This document shows, piece after piece, positions 36,289-50,455 of a stretch of DNA of 64,000 nt. This DNA is from Octopus bimaculoides. Its lineage: Eukaryota. Position 1 is the stretch's first letter; every line of letters starts with the position of its first letter. Where the stretch lies: assembly GCF_001194135.2 (NCBI RefSeq), contig NC_068987.1:105466830-105530829 (forward strand), in the 5' to 3' direction. The position numbers were made by a program, and so were the translations under genes. The notes under the pieces are model-generated. The model searched no databases. It was given only the letters and a program-made list of their open reading frames with translations, and had not been told where the DNA came from.

Positions 36289-37021
36289 TGTACTGTTCCA
36301 TGACAGAAAGTTCTGCAAAAAAATCCCATTTGGTGAGATATAAATATTATTTATTTAAAGGTCACAATACATATGAAACTATTAGTAGCACTTTAATACA
36401 AGTACGGTGTCATTTAAATAAATAATATATATTTATATATATATANNNNNNNNNNNNNNNNNNNNNNNNNNNNNNNNNNNNNNNNNNNNNNNNNNNNNNN
36501 NNNNNNNNNNNNNNNNNNNNNNNNNNNNNNNNNNNNNNNNNNNNNNNNNNNNNNNNNNNNNNNNNNNNNNNNNNNNNNNNNNNNNNNNNNNNNNNNNNNN
36601 NNNNNNNNNNNNNNNNNNNNNNNNNNNNNNNNNNNNNNNNNNNNNNNNNNNNNNNNNNNNNNNNNNNNNNNNNNNNNNNNNNNNNNNNNNNNNNNNNNNN
36701 NNNNNNNNNNNNNNNNNNNNNNNNNNNNNNNNNNNNNNNNNNNNNNNNNNNNNNNNNNNNNNNNNNNNNNNNNNNNNNNNNNNNNNNNNNNNNNNNNNNN
36801 NNNNNNNNNNNNNNNNNNNNNNNNNNNNNNNNNNNNNNNNNNNNNNNNNNNNNNNNNNNNNNNNNNNNNNNNNNNNNNNNNNNNNNNNNNNNNNNNNNNN
36901 NNNNNNNNNNNNNNNNNNNNNNNNNNNNNNNNNNNNNNNNNNNNNNNNNNNNNNNNNNNNNNNNNNNNNNNNNNNNNNNNNNNNNNNNNNNNNNNNNNNN
37001 NNNNNNNNNNNNNNNNNNNNN

Positions 37022-37182
<161 letters not shown>

Positions 37183-38794
37183 ATAAAATTTAAAGTGTAT
37201 TCCGTTAGGAACGTATTAGAGGACAAAACAGAATTCGTTCACCCTTAGAATTATCAAATAGCCGATAGTATTCGAAGTCTAGGCTTAGACATTCATCGTG
37301 TGTGAAAAATAAAAATAAAATAAATTGAGTCAAGAGGAAGGAATACGGTTAGATAGCTCTTTAATAAACACTGCACATATTTCGATACAGCATAGATCCA
37401 CCTATATACAAGATTTAAATTAAGCAACGGTTTATCTGTATAATGGGATCCAGTTATATTTCCTCAGGTGATATATAATCGCTGTCCAGGTAAGTAAATC
37501 TTTGACTTTGATGCACATCCAACTGGCTCTTTTGAATCTAGTAGACACTGGCAGTTCCATTCGGCTCGCTGTCAAAGTGCCTTTACACGCTCAACATGAG
37601 CGGAATTGTATACATTGGTTGTCCAATTTGTTTCACATGTTAGGTTGCACACGCTAAATTTTATAATTTCACCAATACACTTATACATATACAATCACTG
37701 ACACACATATACACACAACTACATATCTGGGTGTCCCCATACGCACACACACACACACACACACACACCCTCACACACACACAAATACATATATACATAC
37801 GTATACACACACACATGCACCCCCACACACGTAGCGATCAACAAACACATTCACATCCATACATAGACGCACATACATATATCTACCCATATTCATGCAC
37901 ATAGGTATATCGTTGGGTACTCCATCATATATACACACACACTCCATCATATATATAGACGTGAGACAGAAAGGGTGGGCGTGGTGAAATAGAATAATAA
38001 TAATTATAATTTTTATATATATAAACATAAATATACATACATATATACATACACACACATTTATATAAATATAAGAATATGAAATGTTGATACAGAGGAG
38101 CATGCGGTAATCACAGTAAGCCCCCACCCATTCAGAATCGGCTATCAGTATACCAAGCAATTCAATTAAAATGTAGTGTAAAGTAATGAGTCTGCGTACT
38201 TAAAACATCCAGCGAAACCCAGAGATAAATTTTTCAATAAGTAATAAATAAAACATATAGTCAGAAAGTGTGAAAGGGGAAGATAAATATATTTGTCCTT
38301 ACGACTTTCATTTGATTACAGCCGTTCCGTAATATTCTTCATGCTGTATTAACTTTTGTACGGTAAAATTAAATGTACATGTTTGCACAAAGTGTATGAC
38401 CCAACATTATACAATACAATTGTATATTTACAAATTATTGCAAATAAAGAAAGCTAACTCATCAGAAAAATGCAGCATCATAGCTGCATCTACAATTCAA
38501 TTCTGAATGTGTTTATGTGCGTATGAAGACGTACATGCTAGCACATATGCACGCGTATTTATACATGTATACACATGTATGTATAGAACATGAATATATA
38601 GGCGCAACCTGAAATAAGCATGAGGGCCGAGTTTAAAATAATTTTCATTTTTTAAAATATTTTTTATTTGTATTGAGTAAATGTTTTCCGATAACAAAAC
38701 TAAACATTATCAGAATAAATACATTTATTATTTATATTTATATTCCGTTGAAAACCAACGCAGAAAACGATACCAAAAACAACACACACCACGC

Positions 38795-38846
<52 letters not shown>

Positions 38847-39728
38847 GAACACACATGCGCACGCACGCACGCACGCGCGCTTGCACACACATACACGTGC
38901 GCGCGCACACCCACACACCACATACGCAGAATGTTAAAAGGAAATGTGACAAAATCGCCATAAACTTTCTATCAAAAGTGCTATAATTTCAATTTTCGGG
39001 GAGAAATGGTAAAGCATTATATATTTTTTTAAAAATCTACATGTAGTCCTCCATGTTTCTGCTTTTTATTATTATTTTAACGCATTATATTCTATTACGT
39101 CAAAGCGTATTATTATGAATTGAAACTTGATGCGTTATAACTACTTACGTTTCACTATGTTCCACAGCATTGTTTTACTGTGCAACGCCCGCACGCGTGT
39201 GTTTGTGTACGTGTGTATGTGTGTATATGTGTGTGTGTGTGTGTATGAATATGTGTGTTCGCGCGCACGTGCGCGTATATATATATATACATACAAAGTA
39301 TGTGTGCCTGTGTGCATGTATTTCTGCATACTCTCACACACACACGTTTATACAGTGTGCATTAATATAAATTCATAAATTCGCATGTGTTTATATGTAA
39401 GTATATAGACACACACACACACACACACTCATATATATATATATATGTATATATTCGCACGCGCACATATGTGCACACACATATATATCTAAATTAACCT
39501 ATTTATTTATTAATGCCTATATACATATATTAATATATATATATATATATATANNNNNNNNNNNNNNNNNNNNNNNNNNNNNNNNNNNNNNNNNNNNNNN
39601 NNNNNNNNNNNNNNNNNNNNNNNNNNNNNNNNNNNNNNNNNNNNNNNNNNNNNNNNNNNNNNNNNNNNNNNNNNNNNNNNNNNNNNNNNNNNNNNNNNNN
39701 NNNNNNNNNNNNNNNNNNNNNNNNNNNN

Positions 39729-39784
<56 letters not shown>

Positions 39785-40061
39785 CACATATGGATACGCA
39801 TTCACTTTCAGATACTTTCATACGTATAATCATATATGCATACAAAGATACAAGCGTACATATATGCACAAATACCACGCATACATATAGACTTACATAT
39901 TCAGACATACGTAGATAAAAAACTTCCTCAGATACATAAACACTTCGACGTGCTCACATACATATGAATATATTGTGTTTATATGAATGTGGTTTTGTAT
40001 GTATTCGTTTTCGTACGGATGAATTTAAAGCAGGCTTAAATTATATACACACACACATTCA

Positions 40062-40100
<39 letters not shown>

Positions 40101-40248
40101 GCATATATATGAACCCTTGACCAACAGGAAAATATAGGCATACATGCATACACAGAAACAATATATAATAAATTGAGATTTATATGCAATGTGTACGTGT
40201 GAGTATATACATACGTGTGAGTATGTCTGTATGCACGTGTGTGCGTGC

Positions 40249-40292
<44 letters not shown>

Positions 40293-40817
40293 ATATAATG
40301 GTGTTTGTTTCCATCATTCTATTCAGCGCGTTCTGATGCATGGAGTTACGTTCAAGGAAAGCTGTGATTACGATGTAGTTTCGATACTGTTGGCGTTTAT
40401 TCGTTATTCTCGGTTTGAAGCATTTGTTGCATCTCAGACGAATTTGTATTTGCAGCAAATCTCACATGTTGTTGTATACATTACGTGCCAATGACACGAA
40501 CATAAGTCTACAGACCTGCAGTTCGATTTCGTTGTCTGTCAAGTCTTTCCCTCGTTTGGCTGGGTCCAAGGTGACAATCACTTTCTGGGTCACTCAACTG
40601 AAGCAACAGCCTGTTCATCTATTCAGACGCAATGATATCCACAGATGTCTCTGCATCATCGCCTCTCGAACAGTTCAGTTAGTGCACATCCTAGGATCAA
40701 CAGGCGTGCTTACGTCATCCCCTTTTGGACCAATCAGAGAGTGAAATGACGTGTTACGTTCATTTAGTGATTTAGATATAACGCTTTAATAAAATGCTTT
40801 ACTTCTCTCTTTCTCCT

Positions 40818-41031
40818 TTCTAATACAGGACACAAGGCCTGGAATTTTAAGGCAAAGGGTTTAAGGATTATATTGACCACACTGCTCAACGGGAGCTTAT
40901 TTTGTCTTCTCCGGAATGATGAAAATCAAAGTCGAACTAGTGGCGTTTGTACTCAGAACGTAAAGCCGGAAGAGATATTGCTAAACATTTTGTCCAGCGT
41001 GATAATGTTTCTGCCAGCTCGCCGCTTTCAA
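40818..41031 (-). mobile_element. SINE family B, diverged
   Basis: Ends GTTTCTGCCAGCTCGCCGCTTT; the tail CACAAGGCCTGGAATTTT is at the left. Confidence 0.8.
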
Positions 41032-42312
41032 AATGATTTAATAGTAAGTGTCGCTAAGCCATTGGGTGATGGAATTACAACGTGATATATATTTGGCTGC
41101 AGCAGGAAGCAGGTGGGAACAAAAACAGGGGAATCACTATATGGTGGCAGTTTTGCTGTTCGCAGCAGACATAGCCGTGGGGAAGATCTGACAAGCTACG
41201 AAACAAATCCTAAACAACTTTTACATGACAATCCCGATCAGCCACAATAGAAAGTGTGATGAGCGCGCACCGTAAACAGTTTTATTCCAACTCAACATCT
41301 TTAGCTTCTCGACTAATCGTCTTGACAGAGATGTAGTATTGTGTCGACGCCCCCCCCCCCCAAGCGAAGGAGTAGGATCTCCCAAGACATATAAATAGAG
41401 GTAGTCTGGCCGTGGTAGGGTGTTGAGTAGCAGTCGAGTAGCAGTTGTGTAGCGGTTGAGTAGAGATCATCCGAGGGTGCTAGATAGCAGTAGCTTGAGA
41501 CATAACCTGTAGCTTAGCTTATATAGAACCTACTGCGAACTCACCTGACTGCTTTTAACCATAAGTTCGGATCTCCTCTGACAACGCTTACGTTATTAAG
41601 CACCAACAAAATTCTTTATCCATTTAGTTTCACATAAGACGCATAAAGCTGATTGGTTATTCGAAGCAGTAACACGTTTTTGCTAGTTCCTGTAAACAGC
41701 CCTTTCTTCCCTACAAAAGCAATACCCACACATATGTATGCATATTAATTCCAAGATACATCTCGCAGATGCTCTGGAATGCATCACCAGTGATGCTCCC
41801 GTAATCTTAGAGGGTTCCAAGTTTTTCAATATTAGACACCTCACTTACTGAATTCAATCAGGATTGATGAAGTTCCGGCTTACATCCCAGATGTAACAAG
41901 CCACAAGTATTCTTTCTTTATCCAAAGCCATCTATTGACTTTATCTACGTCTCTTTCCTACGTCAATAATTCCAAACCCGGTCAGAGTCTTTTAGAAATA
42001 CCGTCCAACAAAGCCGAGTAGTCTACTTCACTTGGCTCGCTGCGTGTTCGCAAATTTTTGGCTTCTGAAGTGCTCTGACATTTAGGAAGCCTTTTCTTAT
42101 GAGCCTCCTCAATGTGTTCTTCCTAGGACACAGTCAGATACTTACCGCATGATCATCTGTTAGATGGATTATGAGAAGGGCATGCCTTGTTATTCTGCAA
42201 AAACCTGTACATATAACACTTCATTGTACTTGTAACAGTGTGTTAAATATCATCTCGCCATCGAATCTATTTGTAACATCGAATCTATTTGTAATAGCTG
42301 TGTTATAGACCC

Positions 42313-42580
42313 AGTATGCCGAGTGGTTAAGAAATTCGCTTTACAACCACAAGCTTTTGAGTAAATGTCTTTTTCTAAAGCGTGATATTTACTCATATCT
42401 GGTGAATGAAATTGGGCTGACGGAAACTGTGTTGAAGGCCGTCGGATAGATTCTATCCCTTATTGAAACGCTACAGTCTTGTCGCGCACTGTGTCCCGTT
42501 GAACCTGCTTAAGAAATACGTGAGAAGTTCACGTGTCAATGGAATGATCCCCCACTTACATATGAATTCAGGAGTAGCTG
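42313..42580 (+). mobile_element. Old SINE combining a family A head with a family C 3' region
   Basis: 42313-42444 resembles the A head (GACGGAAACTGTG..GAAGGCCGTCG); 42474-42580 aligns by eye to the C tail (CAGTCTTGTC..CACTGTGTCCCGTTGAA...CACGTGTC...CCACTT). Confidence 0.6.
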
Positions 42581-43350
42581 TGATAAATTTATAGAAAATT
42601 AAATTTGCTCAAGATGCCTGGTAATGGGACCGAATCTGGGACTTTGTGATTGCACAGCAAACTTTTCTTAATTATTCGGCCATACTGTACTTACTACATA
42701 GAGACTGTACAACTGAATCCTCATCGACAAATGAGGGAAATCCATCACCACCACCATCGTCTCTGTGTAATATTTACTTCATGTCGAAATTAAAGTCCCG
42801 TATCGATGTACAATTAATAATTGAATAATAGCCCGTTGTAGTTACATTTATCTAAGGACCAGTGGAAAATGTACATAAAACCAGTTGTGTTTGAGATAGA
42901 AGTGAATTTGTTAATTCCATACACGTGTTTCTCAGCTTTCTGTATTTGAGTAAAGTGAAACTGAACACCCATATTAAGGGTATGATTCTGTGTCTACCTT
43001 CAAGATCCAGTTTACTTCATCTTTCTTTTTATCTCGCTTTCAATCTATGAATCAATAAATCCATGCAACTATAAAGAACAGAGTCGGCAGAAATTGTAAA
43101 GAGCCAGACTAAATTGTACAACAGCAATTTGTCTTGTTCCTCTTGTTCCATGTTTGAAATTCTCGCCGGAGTAGTCTTTACGTTACATGAATCCAAGAGC
43201 GGCTAAAATAAATATTAGTAATACACGGCGTCAATTTAATCAATTGATTATAGCCCGAAAGGAGAGTGGAGGTGTAGTTATGTAAGAAATCAATATCACA
43301 AATCATGCTGTGTTGGACCTACCTACCTACCTACCTACCTACCTACCTAC

Positions 43351-43406
<56 letters not shown>

Positions 43407-43561
43407 TTAGCTACTGGCCAAGATATATTAAATTGAGACTTTTCAAAATATAATAAATCTTCCAAAACATGGGAACACAGAAGGAACACAAGAGAGAGAT
43501 AATAGGAGGTCGTAGAGAGAAAGACAAAGACAAAGCGAAAACAAACAGAAAAGAAATGAAC

Positions 43562-43598
<37 letters not shown>

Positions 43599-43648
43599 GG
43601 GGAGAGAGATAGATATATAGATATATAAAATTAAGGAAGGAGATGTTA

Positions 43649-43679
<31 letters not shown>

Positions 43680-43796
43680 TATGTATATATATGTATAGGT
43701 ATATATGTATATAAATATATATGTATATATATGTATATATATATTATATATAAATATATATTTATATACATGCAGACATACATGTATATGTATATG

Positions 43797-43914
<118 letters not shown>

Positions 43915-43922
43915 TATGTGCA

Positions 43923-43953
<31 letters not shown>

Positions 43954-43965
43954 TATATATATGCC

Positions 43966-43996
<31 letters not shown>

Positions 43997-44509
43997 TTAT
44001 ACATGCACACACTCACACACATACACATAATATATATAGACACGCTCATATAGATAAATATATATATGTATGTATATATATATATATATGTATATATATG
44101 TGTGTGTGTGTATATATATACACACACATATATACATATATATATGTATGCATATATATATACATATATATACATGCATATATATATATGGGGAAAGAAG
44201 GAGAGAGAGAAAAGGAAGGAGTAGACAGAAGAACCTGGAAGCAAGGCTTGAATTGATTAATTCCAAACTTGATAAGAATGGCAAATAGTCAGTTTAGGGA
44301 TTAAATATTTAGTTTTAATATTGGATTTGGAATCATTTCTGATGTTCACATTTGTACATTTAAATGTCCTTCACAGTGTGTATCCGTATGTGTATGTATT
44401 TGTGTATGAATGTACGTATGTATGTATGTGTGCATGCATGTATCATACATGTATATATACAGACATTTATATGTATTCTTATATATACATACATACATAC
44501 ATACATACA

Positions 44510-44563
<54 letters not shown>

Positions 44564-45284
44564 AATATATATATATAATTGTATATATAGGTATATATGT
44601 CTTTCAGCGTACCTGTATATGTTTGTATGCCTGTAATGCATGCATGTATGTACATACATGTGTATGTATGTATGTATGTATGTATGTACGTACGCACGTA
44701 TGTGGGTGTGTACGTAATGTTCTTCAGGTTAAATCTTCCGAATTTCTCACCAATGTATATAGAATCAATTTCCAACCTTGAAATAAGGATATTTTATCTG
44801 AATTTTATGCCTGTGTAGCCGTATTTATGCACGCATGCCCGTATACATGCATGTGTGGACGCATTTAAGCGTTTATTATATCTATGCATGCGCGTACGAA
44901 TTTGGTTATCATTTGTATGTACAAATTCGCGTGTCTCTACCTATGAATGCGTACGCAAATGTATGTTTGTACGGGTACCAATGCACTTAATCCAAGCTAA
45001 GCTTTTCGATTGTCTTACTTATTTTCATAGCCCCTTTAATGATATGTACATTTAATTTCCTGATTATTTGTGCTCTTTCAGCCTTTGTGAGGCCCTGTTT
45101 CTCAATATTGGTGTTGAAGCAGTTAGTTTTGTAAAATCTCATCGACTTGTGAAGATAAAATTGGCTTCAAAACTCAAGAACGGTATCGACCTATTCTTTG
45201 TAATCAAGGTAAACTGTGACCAAATTCCTTCTATGGAGCTGCACGTCAGACATTACACTCTTGCTAATTAAAATATATTCAATA

Positions 45285-45415
45285 GGCACGGTTTCGTTCT
45301 ACGGCGTGGCAACTTGGGTGCGTGTCCTCTACTATCGCCCCAGAGCGATCTATATCTTGTGAGTGAATTTGGTAGACGGAAATTGCGTGGAAGCCCATCG
45401 TATACATACATACAA
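45285..45415 (+). mobile_element. SINE family A, 5' half, diverged
   Basis: CGTGGCAACTTGGG...TTGTGAGTGAATTTGGTAGACGGAAA...GAAGCCCATCGTATA. Confidence 0.75.
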
Positions 45416-45491
45416 ACATACATACACGTATACATACTTGCACGCACACACACTCGTGCGCACACAGACCCCCACCCCACACTCACACAGT

Positions 45492-45724
45492 AAGGCGGCG
45501 AGCTGGCAGAAACGTTAGCACGCCGGGTGAAATGCTTAGCGGTATTTCGTCTGCCTTTACGTTCTGAGTTCAAATTCCGCGGAGGTCGACTTTGCCTTTC
45601 AACCTTTCGGGATCGATTAAATAAGTACCATTTACGCACTGAGGTCGATATAATCGACTTAATCCGTTTTTCTGCCTTTGTTTGTCCCCTTTGTGTGTAG
45701 CCCCTTGTGGGTAGTAAAGAAATA
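45492..45724 (+). mobile_element. SINE family B, full length, tail type 1
   Basis: AAGGCGGCGAGCTGGCAGAAACGTTAGC...TTGTTTGTCCCC...CCCCTTGTGGGTAGTAAAGAAATA. Confidence 0.92.
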
Positions 45725-46319
45725 ACACATACGCATACAGTAAAAACAATTGATATGGAAGATAGAATGTATCAGAAACTTTGTTTGTCACAACGATCGT
45801 TTCGACACATTCTGCGCTGCACTGCTCCGTCGTAGGTGGGAAACTATAAAATGAATTCCAATGGCTTCTCGTTACATAATTGGTGTTTCATTATTAAGCT
45901 TACCTAGAGCATGTTGATAGTAGTCGTATCTAAAATAGATTGAGGTGGAATGTAACGAGAAACTAAGTTGTATTCCCTGAAGAGATGCTTCTGCACTGCG
46001 GGGTACACTGGAATTCCTTTTATAGCTTTCCACCCACGAAGGAGAAGTGCAGGATGTGTCTAAACGATAGTTGTGATAAATAACGTTTCCAGTATATTCT
46101 ATTTTCCGTATTAATTGTTTATACTATACTCAACCTGTACTGTGAAATTCCTAACGTAGATCCGGCGACGACTGTGCAATTACCGTGGTTGACACCAGGT
46201 AGCCACAAGCAGAGAACGTGCTTTACCGACATACTATTAGGGACATACTCAAAACAGTTTGAATTTTAAATTTAAATCTAGACTTTAATTATATATACAT
46301 ATGTATGTGTGTGTGCATG

Positions 46320-46500
46320 GGTCTGTATTTTTGTTTGTTCCCCATCATAGCTTCCCAACCGATGTTGGTTTTTTTACGTCGCCGTAACAATGGTTTGGAA
46401 AAATAAGTACTGGGTTCGATTTATTCGATTAAACTCCTCGAAGTGGATCCCTAATGTGACCACAATCCAATGACAGAATTCAGCAAAAATTAAGAGGTAA
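46320..46500 (+). mobile_element. SINE family A, 3' half, decayed
   Basis: AACCGATGTTGG...TTACGTCGCCGTAAC...AATAAGTACTGGGTTCGATTTATTCGA. Confidence 0.6.
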
Positions 46501-47631
46501 AAGCACATCATTAAATACTTGTCTTCTCAGCTGTTTGTTCAGCTTTGATGACATCATTACTATCACCGTGACCCTGGAGGGTACATTTTGACATAAAGTA
46601 TACGTTTTACATTAGAGTTTGGCATCCAAATTGGCAGGTGTGTTTGCCATTGTAGTGCCGTTGTCTTTGAACATCAATTATATTTCTACTCTTGTCATCT
46701 TGTTTGCTATGTTACATCACTGTTGAAAGCATGCTTGTAAAGGTCTTTATATTTCGATAGACAATCAAGATTTTTACTGATATGTTTTTATGTACGTATG
46801 TAGGTATATATGTATGTATGTATGTATTATGTATTTATGTATGTATGCATGTATGTATGTACATATATGACTGTATGCATATATTAATGGTTGTATCTGT
46901 GTATCTATGTATGCATGTACGTATACATATAAGTATGCGTGTATCCTTACATGTCGTTGTATATTTCTGAATCACTATGTTTTGACATATGTCTCTGAAA
47001 ATATGGCTTCTCTTGTGTATATGTATCTACTACAGGCTATGCATCAGAAATATTTTACATATTTTCACAATTCCACTTTGAGTTTGTAATATCCTAATTA
47101 ACTGCGTTATTTTTAGTTTTATGGACGGTAACTCCTCACCATTAGTACTGAGGTACTTAGATACATGTCCATCTGTCTTAATACTCAGTAGTATAATTCT
47201 AACGTTAAAGGCTCGATGTAGTGTCCACACCATTCTTTTAATTTTGATTAAGAATTATTATATTGATAATAATATGAAAGAGAAATGTTAAGGGAATATA
47301 TTGGTAAAGGTTTCGTAAAATTTTATCCATTAGAAAAAAAAGATATTTGATTCTAATTCTCAAATTTTTACCAATTTCTACGTGATATTAAAGGATACTA
47401 CTCATATATGAACAAAACTAATTCTTAGGCGCACATACAGCAAAAGATAAAAGACAACACAAATCGATAAAAAGAGTTCTAATATTTATTTTCATTAGTC
47501 TAAATTATTTATAATAAAAAATGAAATTGTTTGCTTAACTTTTTGTAGTATGGCTTTTTAAAGCCCATTTTTGAATAAATTATTTTAATAACAAGATTAT
47601 TTAATAAAATATTATTTTTTAAAATTTTGTC

Positions 47632-48030
47632 TCTATGAACAGTACTGAATCATGTAGCAGGGCTGTTAAGAAAAGGCAAATGACAAAAACTCAAATATTT
47701 TAACAGTCAATTTTCACTATTTAAAAATGTTTAAACATGGAGTTAATTATTTGCATGCTAAAAATGACTTTATTTATAATTTATTTATTAATTTTATAGT
47801 AAATAGAATATGATTATTTGTGGATTTGTTTCTATGAGCAGTACTGAAGCCTGTAGTAAGGCTGTTCAAAAAAGGCAAATGCTATTTGTACTTATATTTT
47901 ATTAAATATTAGCTTAATTTATTTAAAATAAAGTTATTTTATTAAATTTGTATCCTCGTTTTTTTTCATTATTTTTAAAATTCTTTAAATATATTCATTT
48001 GTAACCTTGTCTCTGTATGGTACCGAAATT
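47632..48030. repeat. Degenerate repeat with about 199-bp spacing in a very AT-rich block
   Basis: TCTATGAACAGTACTGAATCATGTAGCAGGGCTGTTAAGAAAAGGCAAATG (47632) vs TCTATGAGCAGTACTGAAGCCTGTAGTAAGGCTGTTCAAAAAAGGCAAATG (47831); weak third copy near 48010. Confidence 0.7.
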
Positions 48031-49055
48031 ACAGTTGCAATAATTCACTTTTAATTTAATTGGTAAATGAGAATTAGTCAAATGAAAAAGATCGAAATTT
48101 TGTTTGAGTTTTCTTGGAAATTTTTGAATTCAAAATGACTGCAAAAAATGGCAAGTTTATATATTTTTAATGAAAATTTTACTTTTACTGCAATACCTAT
48201 AAAAACACTGGGCTAGCCAATGAAAAATGCGGATGCATACTAACAATATTCTTAACAATTAAATCTGGAAAAGTAGAGGACAAGAAAAAGTTCATTAAAA
48301 TTAGAGCTTAAAATATTGCTGCTAAAATTTAAATTTTAGATTTTTTAATCAATTCATTTCGTACAAAAAATAAAATTAAATTAAAAAAGGAAAAGTGAAA
48401 TTAATTGAATTTTAAAAAATATGCTAAAGTACCCAAGAGGTATTTTAGTTTTAATATTCGCAGCAATTTTTTAAGCTAATTTTAATGAGTTNNNNNNNNN
48501 NAGCTACTGTATTGAATCAAATATTTGCTGGTGAGCAGAACACGAGCAAATCACCAGTAATATCTCCCAGAGTTGAATACTCAGCTTTGTATCACTTCAT
48601 TATTTATCTCAGACATAATAATTATCGGCAAACACACCACGTATCCTAAAATGCATCGGGGCACTAAGTGTTTGGATAGATTCTAATCTGACCTTTAAAA
48701 TGTAATTCAAACCGCGAGAAAAACTTCCTAAAACACACACAAAAAAAAGAACCAGCCACAAAAAGATCCCAATTTGTGCTCATTCAGATCTGCGTAAGTA
48801 ACCATATTATTTTCTCGTAGGAAGCTGTTCTTCAAATGAACCTGTAAATGTGGAACTAAAATAATGTCAATCGCATTTCTTTCTAACCTTGGTCGCCATC
48901 CTGAATGAGTAGCGTAACCCTCCTGTACTTTGGTGTCATGGTACCTGCCAGTTTTTGACATGAGGGTTTTTCAGCCAGTACATTAAATAATTTTTATATT
49001 TTTCGTTTCATTCATTCGACGCTTTTTTTTTATATGTTTTAAATATTTCGATTTA

Positions 49056-49480
49056 CCTTAAATCCTCGAGTATAATCCGCACTGTTTTCCCAAAATTTAA
49101 AGGTCAAAATTTCTAGTGCGTTCTATATACGAGGTTAAAAATGAAAAATATTTTCTAAGGAAAATTTTCTAAGTGATAAATATGTGAAGGCAATTTACTT
49201 AATATTTATTTTTCACTGACGTTATTACTGTTATTTCTTTATTTTCTGCAAACAAAATGCACAAAAAAGCTACACGTTTGCATTATGTTATATATACAAT
49301 AATAATAAAGGACGTTACCGTATATACGTTTACAAACCAAGGACGTTATATAGATCTCCTTGACTCAAGTTAGAGAAGGGGTGCGTATTATACACAAGGT
49401 TTAGGTTTTTCAGAGGTAGAGCCCCTTAAAAATCCCCTGCGAATTATACTCAAGGGCGGACTATACTCGAGGGTTTACGG
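49056..49480. mobile_element. Tc1/mariner-superfamily (pogo-like) MITE, 425 bp, TA target duplication
   Basis: TA|CCTTAAATCCTCGAGTATAATCCGC ... GCGGACTATACTCGAGGGTTTACGG|TA. Confidence 0.85.
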
Positions 49481-49861
49481 TATATGTTTTATACACTTTT
49501 CATTTTATGTCAAGTTCAAGTTCTATTTAAGCATTCCTAAGCAATGTTAGCATTATTTTTTAATACTGATATCGCCGTCTGATTGAGGGATTCTGTCCTA
49601 TGTGTTGAAACTTTGAAAATTTCCGATCGGCAACTGAAGTGGAGAAGTTATTTTATATGTAGTATTTGTTTTCATTCTTCGATTGTCTACTGTCTTCGTA
49701 GGCTTCTAAATATTTCTGAGAAATTTGATTAAATTAAAATAATTTAATTGATTTTTGTATAGGGAGTGTGATTTATAAAGGACTTTATTTGTAGTGCACG
49801 TTATTTTGCCACGAGAATGCAATTTAGTTCGTAGCTTGATGTTGATCAATAATGCTACAAG

Positions 49862-49896
<35 letters not shown>

Positions 49897-50366
49897 TTTC
49901 ATTTGGGTGTTAACACTGGAATTTATTCTATTAAGCTCATCCACAGACCCATGCTATCAGACAGATGGTAATCCGGAGATTGCTTGTTATATCAAACGCA
50001 TGGCTGCATGCCTGAAATTCCACAAATAACATCATTCATGAAGTTTGTATGTATCATGAGTCCTCGCTCATTTTCCTTGAAGCATGCGTAGGAACTATAA
50101 TATAAACTTGCGTTTATTCTTATTTTTCCTTCTTTTGCTCTGTAGTTCATAACTAGTAGCATTACTTTGTATAGAGCTCACTTAACAACTATACGCGAAG
50201 TAGAATGGAATATGATAATGTTCGTGAAACTCTAAACATAACAGTAGCATTCGTACATCTATATGTACACTCATTCTCTGATATATATATACATAAATAA
50301 ACAATAAATTGAGAGATTCAATTGACAACCTAATAATTTATTTATATTATAAGATAACATAAACCA

Positions 50367-50455
50367 TTATTTGAAAACCAAAAAAGCCAACAATTTGTTT
50401 CGACTTAATGTATATAAGTCGAAACAAATTGCTAGCATTTTTGGTTCTTTAATAA
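50367..50455. repeat. Inverted repeat with a perfect 17-bp core and 7-nt loop
   Basis: CAATTTGTTTCGACTTA-ATGTATA-TAAGTCGAAACAAATTG (50391-50431), with imperfect extensions on both sides. Confidence 0.9.

Noticed and set aside
41982-42145. Minus-strand 46-codon frame preceded by GTAAGT...CTGAC...TAG
   Set aside because: The implied intron is only 23 nt, implausible for a metazoan, and the peptide has no recognisable motif.
47230-48491. Mitochondrial insertion (NUMT)
   Set aside because: AT-rich, but I could not recognise any rRNA, tRNA or protein motif; needs BLAST.
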